Assembly: GCF_006345805.1 (NCBI RefSeq) | Contig: NC_042999.1 | Location: forward strand, 53,444,001 to 53,508,000 | DNA: 64,000 nt | Direction of reading: 5' to 3' | Origin: Octopus sinensis | Taxonomy: Eukaryota | In this document: piece after piece, positions 27,740-40,378 of the stretch | Position numbering within the stretch: position 1 is the first letter of the stretch | How the letters are laid out: every line of letters begins with the position of its first letter | The notes under the pieces: generated by a model | What the model was told of the DNA's origin: nothing | Databases searched by the model: none | What the model saw: the letters and a program-made list of their open reading frames with translations, nothing else | Position numbers and translations under genes: made by a program

Positions 27740-28900
27740 ACACTGCATCAGATATAACAATATTGATGACTTAACAATTTTCTTCAAATGGAGATAACCA
27801 GTTGAAAAATTGATTAGAACTTGTTCAGAATACTTAACGCAGAGGTTTATATATATACAAAGGACAGGAAATATGTAAAACTACTTCGATTTAACGAAGA
27901 TCACAGATATACATAATATAGAGTTGAATAAGTATAGAGAATATTAAGGAATTATGATTGGGAAAGTCTTCAAATATCTTGGAAGGATTGTACAAAACAG
28001 AAACGAAATTACATAAAAAATATAAAAATCAAACCAAAGTAATCTTAGTGCAATGAAATATTAATATACAGCAGTAAAGTAAAATCATAAAGTCTGGTTC
28101 ATTGTTACAATAGTTATATTGATACTAAGCTACAATTTTCATGAGATAAACTGCAGGATAAACGAACTCCACAGACTATAGAGAAAAGCAAGGAAATTAA
28201 TTACTATTTTTAGTAGAAATCACAGAAAACACAAACGTAGAAAGTAGCAGGCTATATTTACCACAGGCAGAAGGTGGAACTGGACTTGTGCAGTTAGAAG
28301 ATTACTATTAGCTTAGCTACCCTATCTTTATATAAATATATACGATGAAACTGCATTATTAGAAGACTATATGTCCAAAATAGCAAAGTATATTATAATG
28401 CATCTAAAAAGAATCTGAAAAATACGGAAACGTTTGTGAAGAAGACGAGGAACAACGGACGTAAAGTGAATCTATAGAACTAAACATGATTAATGAATTT
28501 TAAAATAGTAAACACTGCCATTTGGAAGAGTATTATTATTAAGTGATGTAAATATTTACATAATAAATATCATATCCTAATGGACGTATCAGAAATAGAT
28601 CATGGAAACCGATGCAGCTTCAGACAGAACACATCATCGTACAATGTTCAAGATCAAGTTTTGACCGCCGCCGGAAGTTACATAAAACATATTCATCAAA
28701 GACTTAAAATGGCCTGAGATGAAAGGGGAAAGGGAAAACCGCGAAACATGCGATTACGTGTCTCAAATTAAGCTCTTTTAAAGGCATGGCTATATGTACA
28801 TCGGAAATGATGACAATGTAAGAATTTAACGTAACAAGGAGGGAACAAAAGCATTCTCTTCGGACAAAGAACTGGAAAATGATAAAATGGCAATAATGCA
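27740..28900 (+). mobile_element. Heavily decayed R4/Dong-like LINE RT region
   Basis: IDDL (about 27761), FKYLG (about 27969), RLYLPQAEGGTGLVQLE (28249-28299). Confidence 0.6.
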
Positions 28901-30199
28901 TTGGCAAAAACTGTAACAGAAAAATAGGTCACCCATAATTGTAATTATTAAAAAAAAACAAAGGTAAAAGATGTGTACAATGCTTAAAATGGTTCATGTA
29001 ACCGTCATATGTCTCATAGACAAATACGGTTTTGATGCCGTAATGTTAATCAAGCTGAACAACTGACAACGGTGGAAATGTTGAACAAAATGCCTTATGG
29101 CGTAATTTGCGTACGATTTTTTCAGTTCCGATTTTAAATCCTTCTGGTCTGAGGGTAATTATTTAATCAGCAAAGGTTCTTCCCCTAATAGTTGCTGAAC
29201 TTCTTCCTAACTTAGATACAATGCTCATTCTCTTCTAATTTTTTTTTTAGTTTTTTTGCCAATTTTGCATTTTCTTATTCTATGTTCAATCCCTAAGTTA
29301 TTGACCAGTACGCCAACTGAGAAACGTTTTAATGCTTCCAGATTAATGGACGTAATTAATTAAATTCATATAAACACTCTAGACATCATTATATATTGCC
29401 ACTCCCAAAATCTTTGGGGTTTGATGTAATAAATATTGTTACGTCTGTCTGTCAGAAAGAGGGTTGCAGGTTCACGTGCTCTTGAGCGCGAAAATACAAG
29501 ATATTATTTCTCATCAACATCTATAATCTTCGATACTAAACTTTCTTGTTTCTACGCATTGTTCTATTGATGATTATGCAGTGTTTTTGCAGGAAGTTCA
29601 GGTAGAAATTTACTATCCATTTGTGGGTTTTCTTTTCATTAAACGGTTTGAAGAAAATGAATCCGTTAAACAATGATTTCTGAAAAGATAGCAAAATATT
29701 TACAAACGCAACAAAAAGAAAGAAAGTATTTTAAGGAAAGGTATGAACATAGAACTCATGCTATAGACGAAATTGCTTAAAACAGCTACATTTCTTGGTC
29801 CGAAGACCTGGGAGTAGATACATACACAGCGCTGGCTAAAATATTCATTATTATGCTAAAATAATCTGAAATATTCCTCAGGGGATCGCTATACAGGACA
29901 AATTATATCGCACTATATACAAGGATAAACAAAATTTGGTCGTGTTGATTACTATTCACACTGTCCTGGAAAATGATCTCAATATTCAGATGAAAATTTA
30001 GAAATATATTTGAATATGTGATTCTTTTTATACGATGAGTTCACAGGAAACAGCGGTGTGCATGATATTTCCAGACCCTCCTACACAAAGGAGATTAATG
30101 CCATCAATTTTCTCATGTTAACATCTGTAGAAAAGACATGAAGGCACGACGGTTAGGGGATGAAGAATTGTGCATAAAGGTTAACAAGTGGTCTTGTGG

Positions 30200-30640
30200 A
30201 TTATACACAAGAACTGTAAGGAGAGAACGAGAGATATGTGAGGTGATATGTTGGCCTCGGTATATTTCCTGTGTCCTTATCTTTACAAAGGTGGATATAA
30301 GCACCTCCACTCAACAATCAGAGACTAGTTTCTGAGTCATTGCTCGTCATCAGTCTGGAGTATCATGGCTTGCAAACTGTCGATGTCTATCTGCCTTTGT
30401 GAACTTATAATAATTCTAGTGAAATGCATTCACTGATTTAGAAAATAGAAATAATAGATTTCTAAAACTCTCAGAGAGATTTATACAATAGTAACACGAT
30501 AAAGTGGTGGCATGCTGTTAACTTAATTTGACAGTCCCATGAAAGGGAGTAATACTACTGCTGTTTTGTCTTAAGAAGCACCACTTCCTGTCAGCCTTGA
30601 CACATTTCCTGTGTCCTTATGTAGGTACAAATATTGATAT
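30200..30640 (-). mobile_element. HHR-bearing repeat, about 340-nt unit, loosely related to the 11.6-kb element
   Basis: Direct repeat ATTTCCTGTGTCCTTAT at 30264 and 30604; AGGACACAG on the HHR strand, as in the 11.6-kb element; boundaries approximate. Confidence 0.55.
30309..30361 (-). ncRNA. Minimal type I hammerhead ribozyme
   Basis: ACUC CAGA-CUGAUGA-C GAG caauga CUC A-GAAAC UA GUC-UCUG auuguu GAGU; palindromic ACUAGU stem III; GUC cleavage. Confidence 0.75.
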
Positions 30641-31173
30641 TTACTGGGTGGTAAAATTCGATAAAATCTTAAATAATATTTGATTGATAATATTGAATTC
30701 AAATTTTGGCACAGGGCTAGCAATTTCGGGTGAGTCGGTTATTTCGACCTCAGTATTTCACTGGTACTTATTTTATCGATCCCCAAAAGGATGAAAGTTT
30801 AAGTCGATCTCATACATACATACATACATACATACATACATACATACATACATACATACATACATACATACATACACACATAGGAGTAAAATACCCTGTT
30901 GCTGATGTTGAAATTACAATCTGTGAATGGAACAGTAAAAATATGCAAGACTTTTCTCAAGTTCCAAAAGTGAATTTGTTTGTGTTAACTGTATCCGAAA
31001 GATGGAGCCATATATCAGTGTTGGAAATCGACTCCCTTCTCAGTGGAAGCTTTATAATTATTAAAATAACAGAAGACGTATGTATATGACACGAATTCTG
31101 ATGTGTGATACATCAAAAATAACTTGCTTTCTCCATACTTTTTTCTGCCCTTCTCTCTCTCTCTTTCTTTCTT

Positions 31174-31244
<71 letters not shown>

Positions 31245-31356
31245 CTGTCTCTCCGTCCCTCTTTTTTATCCACATACTGGAAACAAATGAACAAACAAGT
31301 ATATGCATATGTATGTGTGTGTATTTCTTGTGTTGGCACACACGCAATATACACAC

Positions 31357-31755
31357 GTGGTGGCAAGCTGGCTGAAACATTAGCACGCCGGCCGAAATGC
31401 TAAGCGGTACTTCGTCTGCCCTTACGTTCTGAGTTCAAATTCCACCGAGGTCGACTTTGCCTTTCATCCTTTCGGGGTCGATAAATTAAGTACCAATTAC
31501 GCACTGGGGTCGATGTAATCGAGCTAATCCGTTTGTCTGTCCTTCTTTGTCCCCTCTGTGTTTAGCCCCTTGTGGGTAGTAAAGAAATAGGTATTTCGTC
31601 TGTCCTTACGTTCTGGGTTCAAATTCCGTCGAGGTCGACTTTACCTTTCATCCTTTCGAGGTCGATAAATTAAGTACCAGTTGCGTAATAGGACCGTTCT
31701 AATCGACTGGCCCCCACCCCCAAAATTTCAGACCTTGTGCCTAGAGTAGAAAAGA
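31357..31755 (+). mobile_element. SINE family A, dimeric
   Basis: Full head plus two bodies; possible TSD AATATACACACGTG / AATATACAGACATG. Confidence 0.85.
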
Positions 31756-32364
31756 ATATACAGACATGTATATGTAAGTATGTATGTATGTATGTATGTA
31801 TGTATGTATGTACGTACGTATCTGTAATTGAAGAGCGAGCTGGATTCTTGCTTAAGAGCGACTGTACACACTCACATAAAAGTGTATATGTATGGTGCAA
31901 AGTATGTACACTTATGCACGTTTGTATGTAGTTGGGTTGGTATGTTTGCTGGGAGCTCATATTCGTGAACATTCTTTAGCTATCACGGTTAGTATGGCGC
32001 CACTAACAAAGTGACTGTGCAAATTTAACCACTTACGACGTCGTCTTAAATCTGTCGCTCGGATGCAGAAAGTCACAAAAAAAAAAAGATAATTGATTGT
32101 TGCTCACTGGTGTCAGAGAAAGAAGCGGGGAGAGAGAAAAAAACGAAAGAAAGAAAGACAGAAAGAAAGAAGGAAAGGAAGAGAAAAGCAGAAAGTGTTA
32201 GGACATGGATGTCTATAAAAAAAAATCAATGTCTGACATCTGTTAAAACCTTTCTAATATATATATCGAGAAAGCTGACCATTAATAATGAATTCATTCA
32301 TATTAAGAAATAATGTTTAAGTGTTTATCTAAAGATGCACCACTAAAATTAGATAGAGAATCGG

Positions 32365-32406
<42 letters not shown>

Positions 32407-32600
32407 GATAGATAGATAGATACATACATACATACATACATACATACATACATACATACATACATACATACATACATAGAGAGATACAAGATGCATACCT
32501 ACTTACACGCACTTACACACACACACACACACATATATATGTATACACTTATATATATGTATATACATAAACGCACATATAAAATTATATACGCATGCAT

Positions 32601-33082
32601 AGGCGTAGGAATGGCTGTGTGGTAAGTAGCTTGATTACGAACCACATGGTTCCCGGTTCAGTCCCACTGCGTGACACCTTGGTCAAGTGTCTCCTACTAT
32701 AGCCTCGAACCGACCAAAGCCTTGTGAGTGGATTTGGTAGACAGAAAGGGAAAGAAGCCCGTCGTATATATTTATATATATATATATATGGTATATATAT
32801 GGATATATATATATGTGTGTGTGATATATATATATATATGTGTGTGTGTATGTATATATGTATGTATGTATGTATGTGTATATGTTTGTGTGTCTGTTTG
32901 ACCCCTAACATCGCTTGACAACCGATGCTGGTGTGTTTACGTCCCCGTAACTTAGCGGTTCATCGAAGAAGGCGATAGAATAAGTACTAGGCTTACAAAG
33001 AATAAATCCTGGGGGCGATTTGGTCGATTAATGGCGGTGCTCCAGCATGGCCACAGTCAAATGACTGAAACAAGAGTAAAGG
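32601..33082 (+). mobile_element. tRNA-derived SINE family C with internal microsatellite
   Basis: AGGCGTAGGAATGGCTGTGTGGTAAG...GGTTCAGTCCCACTGCG head; tail GCTCCAGCATGGCCACAGTCAAATGACTGAAACAAG; same family as 62654-63035. Confidence 0.85.
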
Positions 33083-33249
33083 GAGAGAGAGTATCTATAT
33101 ACGACTGTTTGCCTGCAATATATATTACCATTTTCGAAATCAGTCGTTGTTTCCTATGGTGTTCTATTTAAGGCTGATATGTTGACATAGGCTTCTTTAG
33201 CCCTCGGCGACTGATGAAGATTGATTAAATCTGAAATCAGCTCTGATAT

Positions 33250-35900
33250 GACTCCATGTTGCTTGCCGTAGGAAGGGAGTTTGTTTCCTTTGTCAGTCGT
33301 TAGAAAAGTGGTCTCATGTGGCTAAGAGTAAATTTGGCTCTTATTTCTAGCACTTGATAAATCGTGAAGCAAATGTTAAGGTCGTTTAGGTAATGCTGGC
33401 GGTATATTCTCCACATCGTGGAAACAAAATATCGCTCGCGGCGGCGCTGGAGAGAGTAGAGTTTCAATGCTTTGAGGTGGTCCCAGTAATCGAGATCAGT
33501 CATGTTCTTAATTCGTTTAGTGAAAGCCCTCTGGGGGATACAATTTTCGAGATATTTTATTTCTTATGGGGAGACCACAGGTGACAGCAGTATTCGAGGT
33601 GTAGCCGTACAAAGGAGAAGAAAAGAGGAACTATGCCACCTTGTTCTCTGGACCGGAAGGTCCTTAAGATCCAGGAGTTCATCCTATTAGCTATATCGAC
33701 CTTATTGTTGATTTGGGCACTCCAACTGAGATTGTTCCCAGATCTCTGATATTATTAGATACTGTGAGAGTTTTCCCTAGAAGAAGAGAGTGTTGTTATT
33801 TAGAGAGTGTATTTTTTTTTCAAAATGCATCAGCTCAAATTTTCCTTCGTTCAGTTGCATTTTGTTTTTGTTTGCCCATTGACTCACAGCATATAGATCA
33901 GACTGGAGTTGAGTTCCGTCTTCTTCTTCATTGATGATTTGCTGGAGCTTTGTGTCATCAGCAAACATATTCCCTTTGCTGTGTTATACGACGCCGGAGC
34001 GGGCCCAAGACAGTCCCCTGAGGGACACCACTGGTGACTTTTGCTGGGCTTGAGTGAACTCCATCGATATCAACAGGTGTTTTGTTCGCTAGGAAATACT
34101 TAATCCAGTGTAGAAGTTTTCCACGGATTCCAACATTTGCCAATCTTGAGAGTAAGACATTATTATGGTCCACTGTATCGAACGCTTTACTGAAGTCAGG
34201 ATGTATGACATCAGTTTCGAACCTGTTCCCAAGGCTTTTACTATATCATGGATGTGGTGTAAGAGCTGTGTTAGACAGTCCCTTTCACAGCGAAAGCTAT
34301 GCTGATTTGCATTTAGGAGTTTGTGGATCTCCAGGAAGCCAGCTATGCTTCATCTTACCGCTCTTTCAAACACTTTAATGATGTGGGAGGTGAGTGAAAT
34401 TGGGCGATAGTTGACAAGGAGGAATATGTTTCCCTGTTTGAAAACTGGGATAACAGACTGGGATAGTTGCTTCGGTATATAACTTGAATCTAAACAATTT
34501 CTCCAGAGGTTGGTCAGGGGTACTGCAAGTTGGTTTCTACATTCCTTCAGGAGTCTAGCAAGGAATCTATCAGGGCCTTCAGCAGAATAGTATTTGACCT
34601 CATTTATTGCTGTTATGATATTTGAGGCAGTGAAGGTTATGTCCGAGATTAAATGTTGGGAATCGACTTCGTTCACATCCCTTACGTCAATATCAGAGGA
34701 TCACTAAATACAGAGCAGTATTGTTTCTGCAATGCTGCTGCCATTTCTTTAGCATCGTATTGGGAAATGCCGTTATCATCGATCAATGGCCCAAAGGGTG
34801 AGGCAGCGGTTCTATGATTATTTGCATATGAATAGAGCACTTTTGTGTTCTGTTTAGTTATTGGTTATTATCCATTGTTCTTCTGCAGCTCTTTGATTTT
34901 CAATGGAGGTTTCCATGTTGGTCTGCAGCTAAAGGTTTTCCAACTCCAGCTTTTTCATTGTTGTTGAATGTAAATGTTGTATGTGGGAGTATTTTCAATT
35001 AGTTGTTTTTTTTATTAAGTCTTTTTATGCGCCTGATGCGAGTTTTATTTTTTTTTATTTTTAGAGAGCCGGTTTCTGTTTGTGTTAGTAGATCTCATAG
35101 GAGCGTGTTTTGAGCAGGTACGGGTAACAACGTTCTCAAAGTGCTGCCATGCGGTCTCAATGTGAGTGGAACTGAGAGTGAAGAACCACTCGATAAAGGA
35201 CAGATCCTTTCTGATTGCTCCCCAGTCCGCTTTATGGAAGTTTATGTTGTCGAATAAGTGCAATGGAGTGGGATTGGCTGGTTTGGTTTTGATATGCTGG
35301 CAATTAAATTTGCAAACTATCATACCGTGGTCTGAGAGGAAAGTTATTTTCAACTGAAATACTGTGAACGGAGTTAGAGTAGTTGGTTACTATTAGATCC
35401 AAGATCGTTTTATTCTCTTTGTTGGTTCGAGCACTAGCTGATTCAGGAAGAATTAATTCATTAGATTAGATAGTAATTCTGCTGCTGCTTTATCTGGTGT
35501 AGACCATTTGCCAGTTTATATAAGGAAGGGTAAAATCACCCATCACTTGTATGTTTCCGGAGTTGTATTTTTGAAGGAAGGGCTTGATTTTGTTGAGGTA
35601 TTCTTTAAAGCACTTTAGGCGTACTTGGGGTGCCCTGTAAAGACCAACAATGATTATGTTTGGCCTTGTTGAATAGTGATATCGATTCACAGTAGTCATT
35701 GGGAAATATGTCCTTGGCATCAGCCGAAATGGAGTCATGGAGAAATATGGCTGTTCTCCTTTTATTTCGGTCTGTGCAATCTGCTCAGATGATGGGGAAA
35801 TCTTTTATTTTTACCTCGGCATCCATATGAGTGCTTTTTAGGTCAATTTCCATAGTGATAAAAAGAAAGGGATTGGTATTTGTATTGTTCTAAGCGCTTA
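33250..35900 (-). mobile_element. CR1-like LINE ORF2 (APE + RT), decayed
   Basis: IIVGLYRAP..VMGDF (APE), SDH, GPD..L, NYRPISLTSH, SGVPQGTVLGP, FADDTK, LYSLQRRRERY. Confidence 0.9.
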
Positions 35901-36149
35901 GTCTTATGTGTTATGTTGTTCAGAGATACCAGTGAGTGTAGTTTTTATATAGACCTGCGTGTGTGTGGGATTTTCTAGTTGGTGATTGGATGTGTTCCTA
36001 TTGTTTTGCATAAATGGTTGCTGATAGCTCGTTGGATCTCCTCCTGGCTTAGTTCGGCCTTCATATTTTCTAGATTTTCTCTCTCTCTCTCTATATATAT
36101 ATATATAGAAAATATTCATATATATAGTCGAGAGACCGATTCATTTAAA

Positions 36150-36850
36150 TGCGATCTAGCTACTGCTTTTCAAGGTTTTTCAAGCAGCTTAATTTCCACT
36201 TCGCAGACAGCCGCCGCCATCTTTGGAACAAGCGACCAGGAATCTATACTGGTTCCAAGGAGGATATTTGTTTTCAAACGTCTGGATTACTGCTCTCAAT
36301 TGTGGTCACCACACATTATCAGATAAATAGGGGAACTTGAGGCAGGCCAATGCTTACTACACCAGGAAGATTGTGTCGATGGGACAGCTGAGCTACTGCG
36401 AGAAACTTAAAGAGTTACAACTCTACATTCTGGAGCGAAGATGGGAGAGTTATGCTGCGATATACGTATGAAAGATCTTGGAATGGCTGGCTCCAAACTT
36501 TGGTTTTCGAGAGATATACCAGTCTCTGAACGGGACGTCATTGCACTGTTCCAACTATCCCAGCTGTCCCAATTAAGGTGAGGTCCATGTACTCTAATAG
36601 CTTGGCATTCACGGGCTTACAGCTACTTGATCCATGGCCAAAATATCTGAGAGATTTTCATGGAAAAGACAATAGATGTTTTCAAGAAACAAATTGACCT
36701 CCTGCTATCCAAGGTCCCAGATAAACCTTTATCAAGGTAGGAAACTGAACAGAGGGCAGCAGTGTCCAGCTGTCTCCTTCACCAAACATCTAGTCACTTA
36801 AGATTGGACATTTACTAGGTGATTATACTGGTGTTGCTCTAGCATGGCCA
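36150..36850 (+). mobile_element. CR1-like LINE 3' fragment
   Basis: RLDYCSQLWSPH, LERRWE; homologous to 18900-19400. Confidence 0.75.
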
Positions 36851-37140
36851 CAGCTTTAAGGCCTGAAATGTATAATAAGATAATAGAATATATAACTTAC
36901 TTTTCAGTTTAGGTAAGGTCAACGACAAAAGTATTCTCTCCAGTGAGAGATAAATATTATCCAATGTACACGGTATACAGTTATGAGGTGCTGATAGTTT
37001 CATGCGTTGGAGATGTAATGTAGGCCATGTGCTTAGAGCCTCAGGATTGAAGCCACAAGACGTTTTATTAAAACATGCCCAGACTACATTTCCTGCGCAT
37101 GAAAATATTAGTAACTCGTAACTGTAGACTCTGTATATGA

Positions 37141-37206
<66 letters not shown>

Positions 37207-37489
37207 TATAGTCGGAATTTTGTATGGATAATACCATACAACATTATGGTGCCTTTAACTTAAGTACCATATTCATCTGAATCTATATATATATATATAT
37301 ACTAAGCAATTAAGGGTTTAGCAACGAATTGCCTTACCACACACCGAATTTAGAAATAGCAGTCAAAGAGATTATAGCTATTTCTTCTACTAAAAGGGAG
37401 ATCACAGTAAAGGCACAGCATTTGAAAGGCAAACACAAACAGGTAAAAGAGAATGAATTAACGGCAATCTATCATACAGTTTTAAGTCA

Positions 37490-37581
37490 CCTACGGACGT
37501 ACGTTTCGAGATCAAGTCTTAGGAAAGCATAAGAATTAGATAACTCTACTTTACCCAGACTTCTTCTTTCATCAGCGCAGG
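37490..37581 (-). ncRNA. Type I hammerhead ribozyme, inverted unit
   Basis: CCUGCG-CUGAUGA-long stem II-GAAAC GUAC GUC-CGUAGG on the minus strand. Confidence 0.85.
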
Positions 37582-37945
37582 ATACTAACAATCATGAATG
37601 ATTGAATATTGAATTTTGAGATACTAGAAGGCACCAACTCAACTCAGTATCAGAGCGAGCTAGAGGCCACAGCTAGTATCACCAAATTCAAAGTATGAAT
37701 GAAAGCTTGTGTCACCAGTCCCTTCCCACCCGCGTGTAGCCAAGACAAAGTGCCGTGGTCATTTACTGGGATGAATATGGTTTATGAGTAACAATGAAGG
37801 GTGAAATTAATTAATTTGGAACAATTATCAATTACACCAAGTAGTCTTCGGCATGTAAAAGCCTCATTTCGCTCTGATACTGAGTTGAGTTGGTGCCTTC
37901 TAGTATCTCAAAATTCAGTATTCAATCATTCATGATTGTTAGTAT

Positions 37946-38037
37946 CCTGCGCTGATGAAAGAAGAAGTCTGGGTAAAGTAGAGTTATCTAATTCTGATGC
38001 TTTCCTAAGACTTGATCTCGAAACGTACGTCCGTAGG
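37946..38037 (+). ncRNA. Type I hammerhead ribozyme, unit 1
   Basis: Stem I CCUGCG/CGUAGG; CUGAUGA; stem II AGA/UCU, AAGUCU/AGACUU, AAAG/CUUU, GAGUU/AAUUC; GAAA; palindromic ACGUACGU; GUC cleavage after 38031. Confidence 0.85.
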
Positions 38038-38532
38038 TGACTTAAAACTGTATGATAGATTGCCGTTAATTCATTCTCTTTTACCTGTTTGTGTTTGCCT
38101 TTCAAATGCTGTGCCTTTACTGTGATCTCCCTTTTAGTTGACGAAATAGCTATAATCTCTTTGACTGCTATTTCTAAATTCGGTGTGTGGTAAGGCAATT
38201 CGTTGCTAAACCCTTAATTGCTTAGTATTACTTAAATTTTCCTCGAATGAGGCTTTTACATGCCGAAGACTACTTGGTGTAATTGATAATTGTTCCAAAT
38301 TAATTAATTTCACCCTTCATTGTTACTCATAAACCATATTCATCCCAGTAAATGACCACGGCACTTTGTCTTGGCTACACGCGGGTGGGAAGGGACTGGT
38401 GACACAAGCTTTCATTCATACTTTGAACTTGGTGATACTAGCTGTGGCCTCTAGCTCGCTCTGATACTGAGTTGAGTTGGTGCCTTCTAGTATCTCAAAA
38501 TTCAATATTCAATCATTCATGATTGTTAGTAT

Positions 38533-38624
38533 CCTGCGCTGATGAAAGAAGAAGTCTGGGTAAAGTAGAGCTATCTAATTCTTATGCTTTCCTAAGACTT
38601 GATCTCGAAACGTACGTCCGTAGG
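38533..38624 (+). ncRNA. Type I hammerhead ribozyme, unit 2
   Basis: Same core and stems as unit 1. Confidence 0.85.
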
Positions 38625-39116
38625 TGACTTAAAACTGTATGATAGATTGCCGTTAATTCATTCTCTTTTACCTGTTTGTGTTTGCCTTTCAAATGCTGTG
38701 CCTTTACTGTGATCTCCCTTTTAGTAGAAGAAATAGCTATAATCTCTTTGACTGCTATTTCTAAATTCGGTGTGTGGTAAGGCAATTCGTTGCTAAACCT
38801 TAATTGCTTAGTATTACTTAAATTTTCCTCGAATGAGGCTTTTACATGCCGAAGACTACTTGGTGTAATTGATAATTGTTCCAATTAATTAATTTCACCC
38901 TTCATTGTTACTCATAAACCATATTCATCCCAGTAAATGACCACGGCACTTTGTCTTGGCTACACGCGGGTGGGAAGGGACTGGTGACACAAGCTTTCAT
39001 TCATACTTTGAATTTGGTGATACTAGCTGTGGCCTCTAGCTCGCTCTGATACTGAGTTGAGTTGGTGCCTTCTAGTATCTCAAAATTCATATTCAATCAT
39101 TCATGATTGTTAGTAT

Positions 39117-39208
39117 CCTGCGCTGATGAAAGAAGAAGTCTGGGTAAAGTAGAGCTATCTAATTCTTATGCTTTCCTAAGACTTGATCTCGAAACGTACG
39201 TCCGTAGG
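39117..39208 (+). ncRNA. Type I hammerhead ribozyme, unit 3
   Basis: Same core and stems as unit 1. Confidence 0.85.
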
Positions 39209-39701
39209 TGACTTAAAACTGTATGATAGATTGCCGTTAATTCATTCTCTTTTACCTGTTTGTGTTTGCCTTTCAAATGCTGTGCCTTTACTGTGATCTC
39301 CTTTTAGTAGAAGAAATAGCTATAATCTCTTTGACTGCTATTTCTAAATTCGGTGTGTGGTAAGGCAATTCGTTGCTAAACCCTTAATGCTTAGTATTAC
39401 TTAAATTTTCCTCGAATGAGGCTTTTACATGCCGAAGACTACTTGGTGTAATTGATAATTGTTCCAAATTAATTAATTTCACCCTTCATTGTTACTCATA
39501 AACCATATTCATCCCAGTAAATGACCACGGCACTTTGTCTTGGCTACACGCGGGTGGGAAGGAACTGGTGACACAAGCTTTCATTCATACTTTGAATTTG
39601 GTGATACTAGCTGTGGCCTCTAGCTCGCTCTGATACTGAGTTGAGTTGGTGCCTTCTAGTATCTCAAAATTCAATATTCAATCATTCATGATTGTTAGTA
39701 T

Positions 39702-39793
39702 CCTGCGCTGATGAAAGAAGAAGTCTGGGTAAAGTATAGCTATCTAATTCTTATGCTTTCCTAAGATTTGATCTCGAAACGTACGTCCGTGGG
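39702..39793 (+). ncRNA. Type I hammerhead ribozyme, unit 4
   Basis: Core intact; CGUGGG and AGAUUU variants keep pairing as G-U. Confidence 0.85.
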
Positions 39794-40286
39794 TGACTTA
39801 AAACTGTATGATAGATTGCCGTTAATTCATTCTCTTTTACCTGTTTGTGTTGCCTTTCAAATGCTGTGCCTTTACTGTGATCTCCCTTTTAGTAGAAGAA
39901 ATAGCTATAATCTCTTTGACTGCTATTTCTAAATTCGGTGTGTGGTAAGGCAATTCGTTGCTAAACCCTTAATGCTTAGTATTACTTAAATTTTCCTCGA
40001 ATGAGGCTTTTACATGCCGAAGACTACTTGGTGTAATTGATAATTGTTCCAAATTAATTAATTTCACCCTTCATTGTTACTCATAAACCATATTCATCCC
40101 AGTAAATGACCACGGCACTTTGTCTTGGCTACACGCGGGTGGGAAGGAACTGGTGACACAAGCTTTCATTCATACTTTGAATTTGGTGATACTAGCTGTG
40201 GCCTCTAGCTCGCTCTGATACTGAGTTGAGTTGGTGCCTTCTAGTATCTCAAAATTCAATATTCAATCATTCATGATTGTTAGTAT

Positions 40287-40378
40287 CCTGCGCTGATGAA
40301 AGAAGAAGTCTGGGTAAAGTATAGCTATCTAATTCTTATGCTTTCCTAAGATTTGATCTCGAAACGTACGTCCGTGGG
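40287..40378 (+). ncRNA. Type I hammerhead ribozyme, unit 5
   Basis: Same variants as unit 4. Confidence 0.85.

Noticed and set aside
37329-37532. Repeated 67-100 aa ORF (MPYHTPNLEIAV...) in the array units
   Set aside because: TTG start, antisense to the ribozyme, no recognisable domain, and frameshifted in some units; it recurs only because the DNA is repeated
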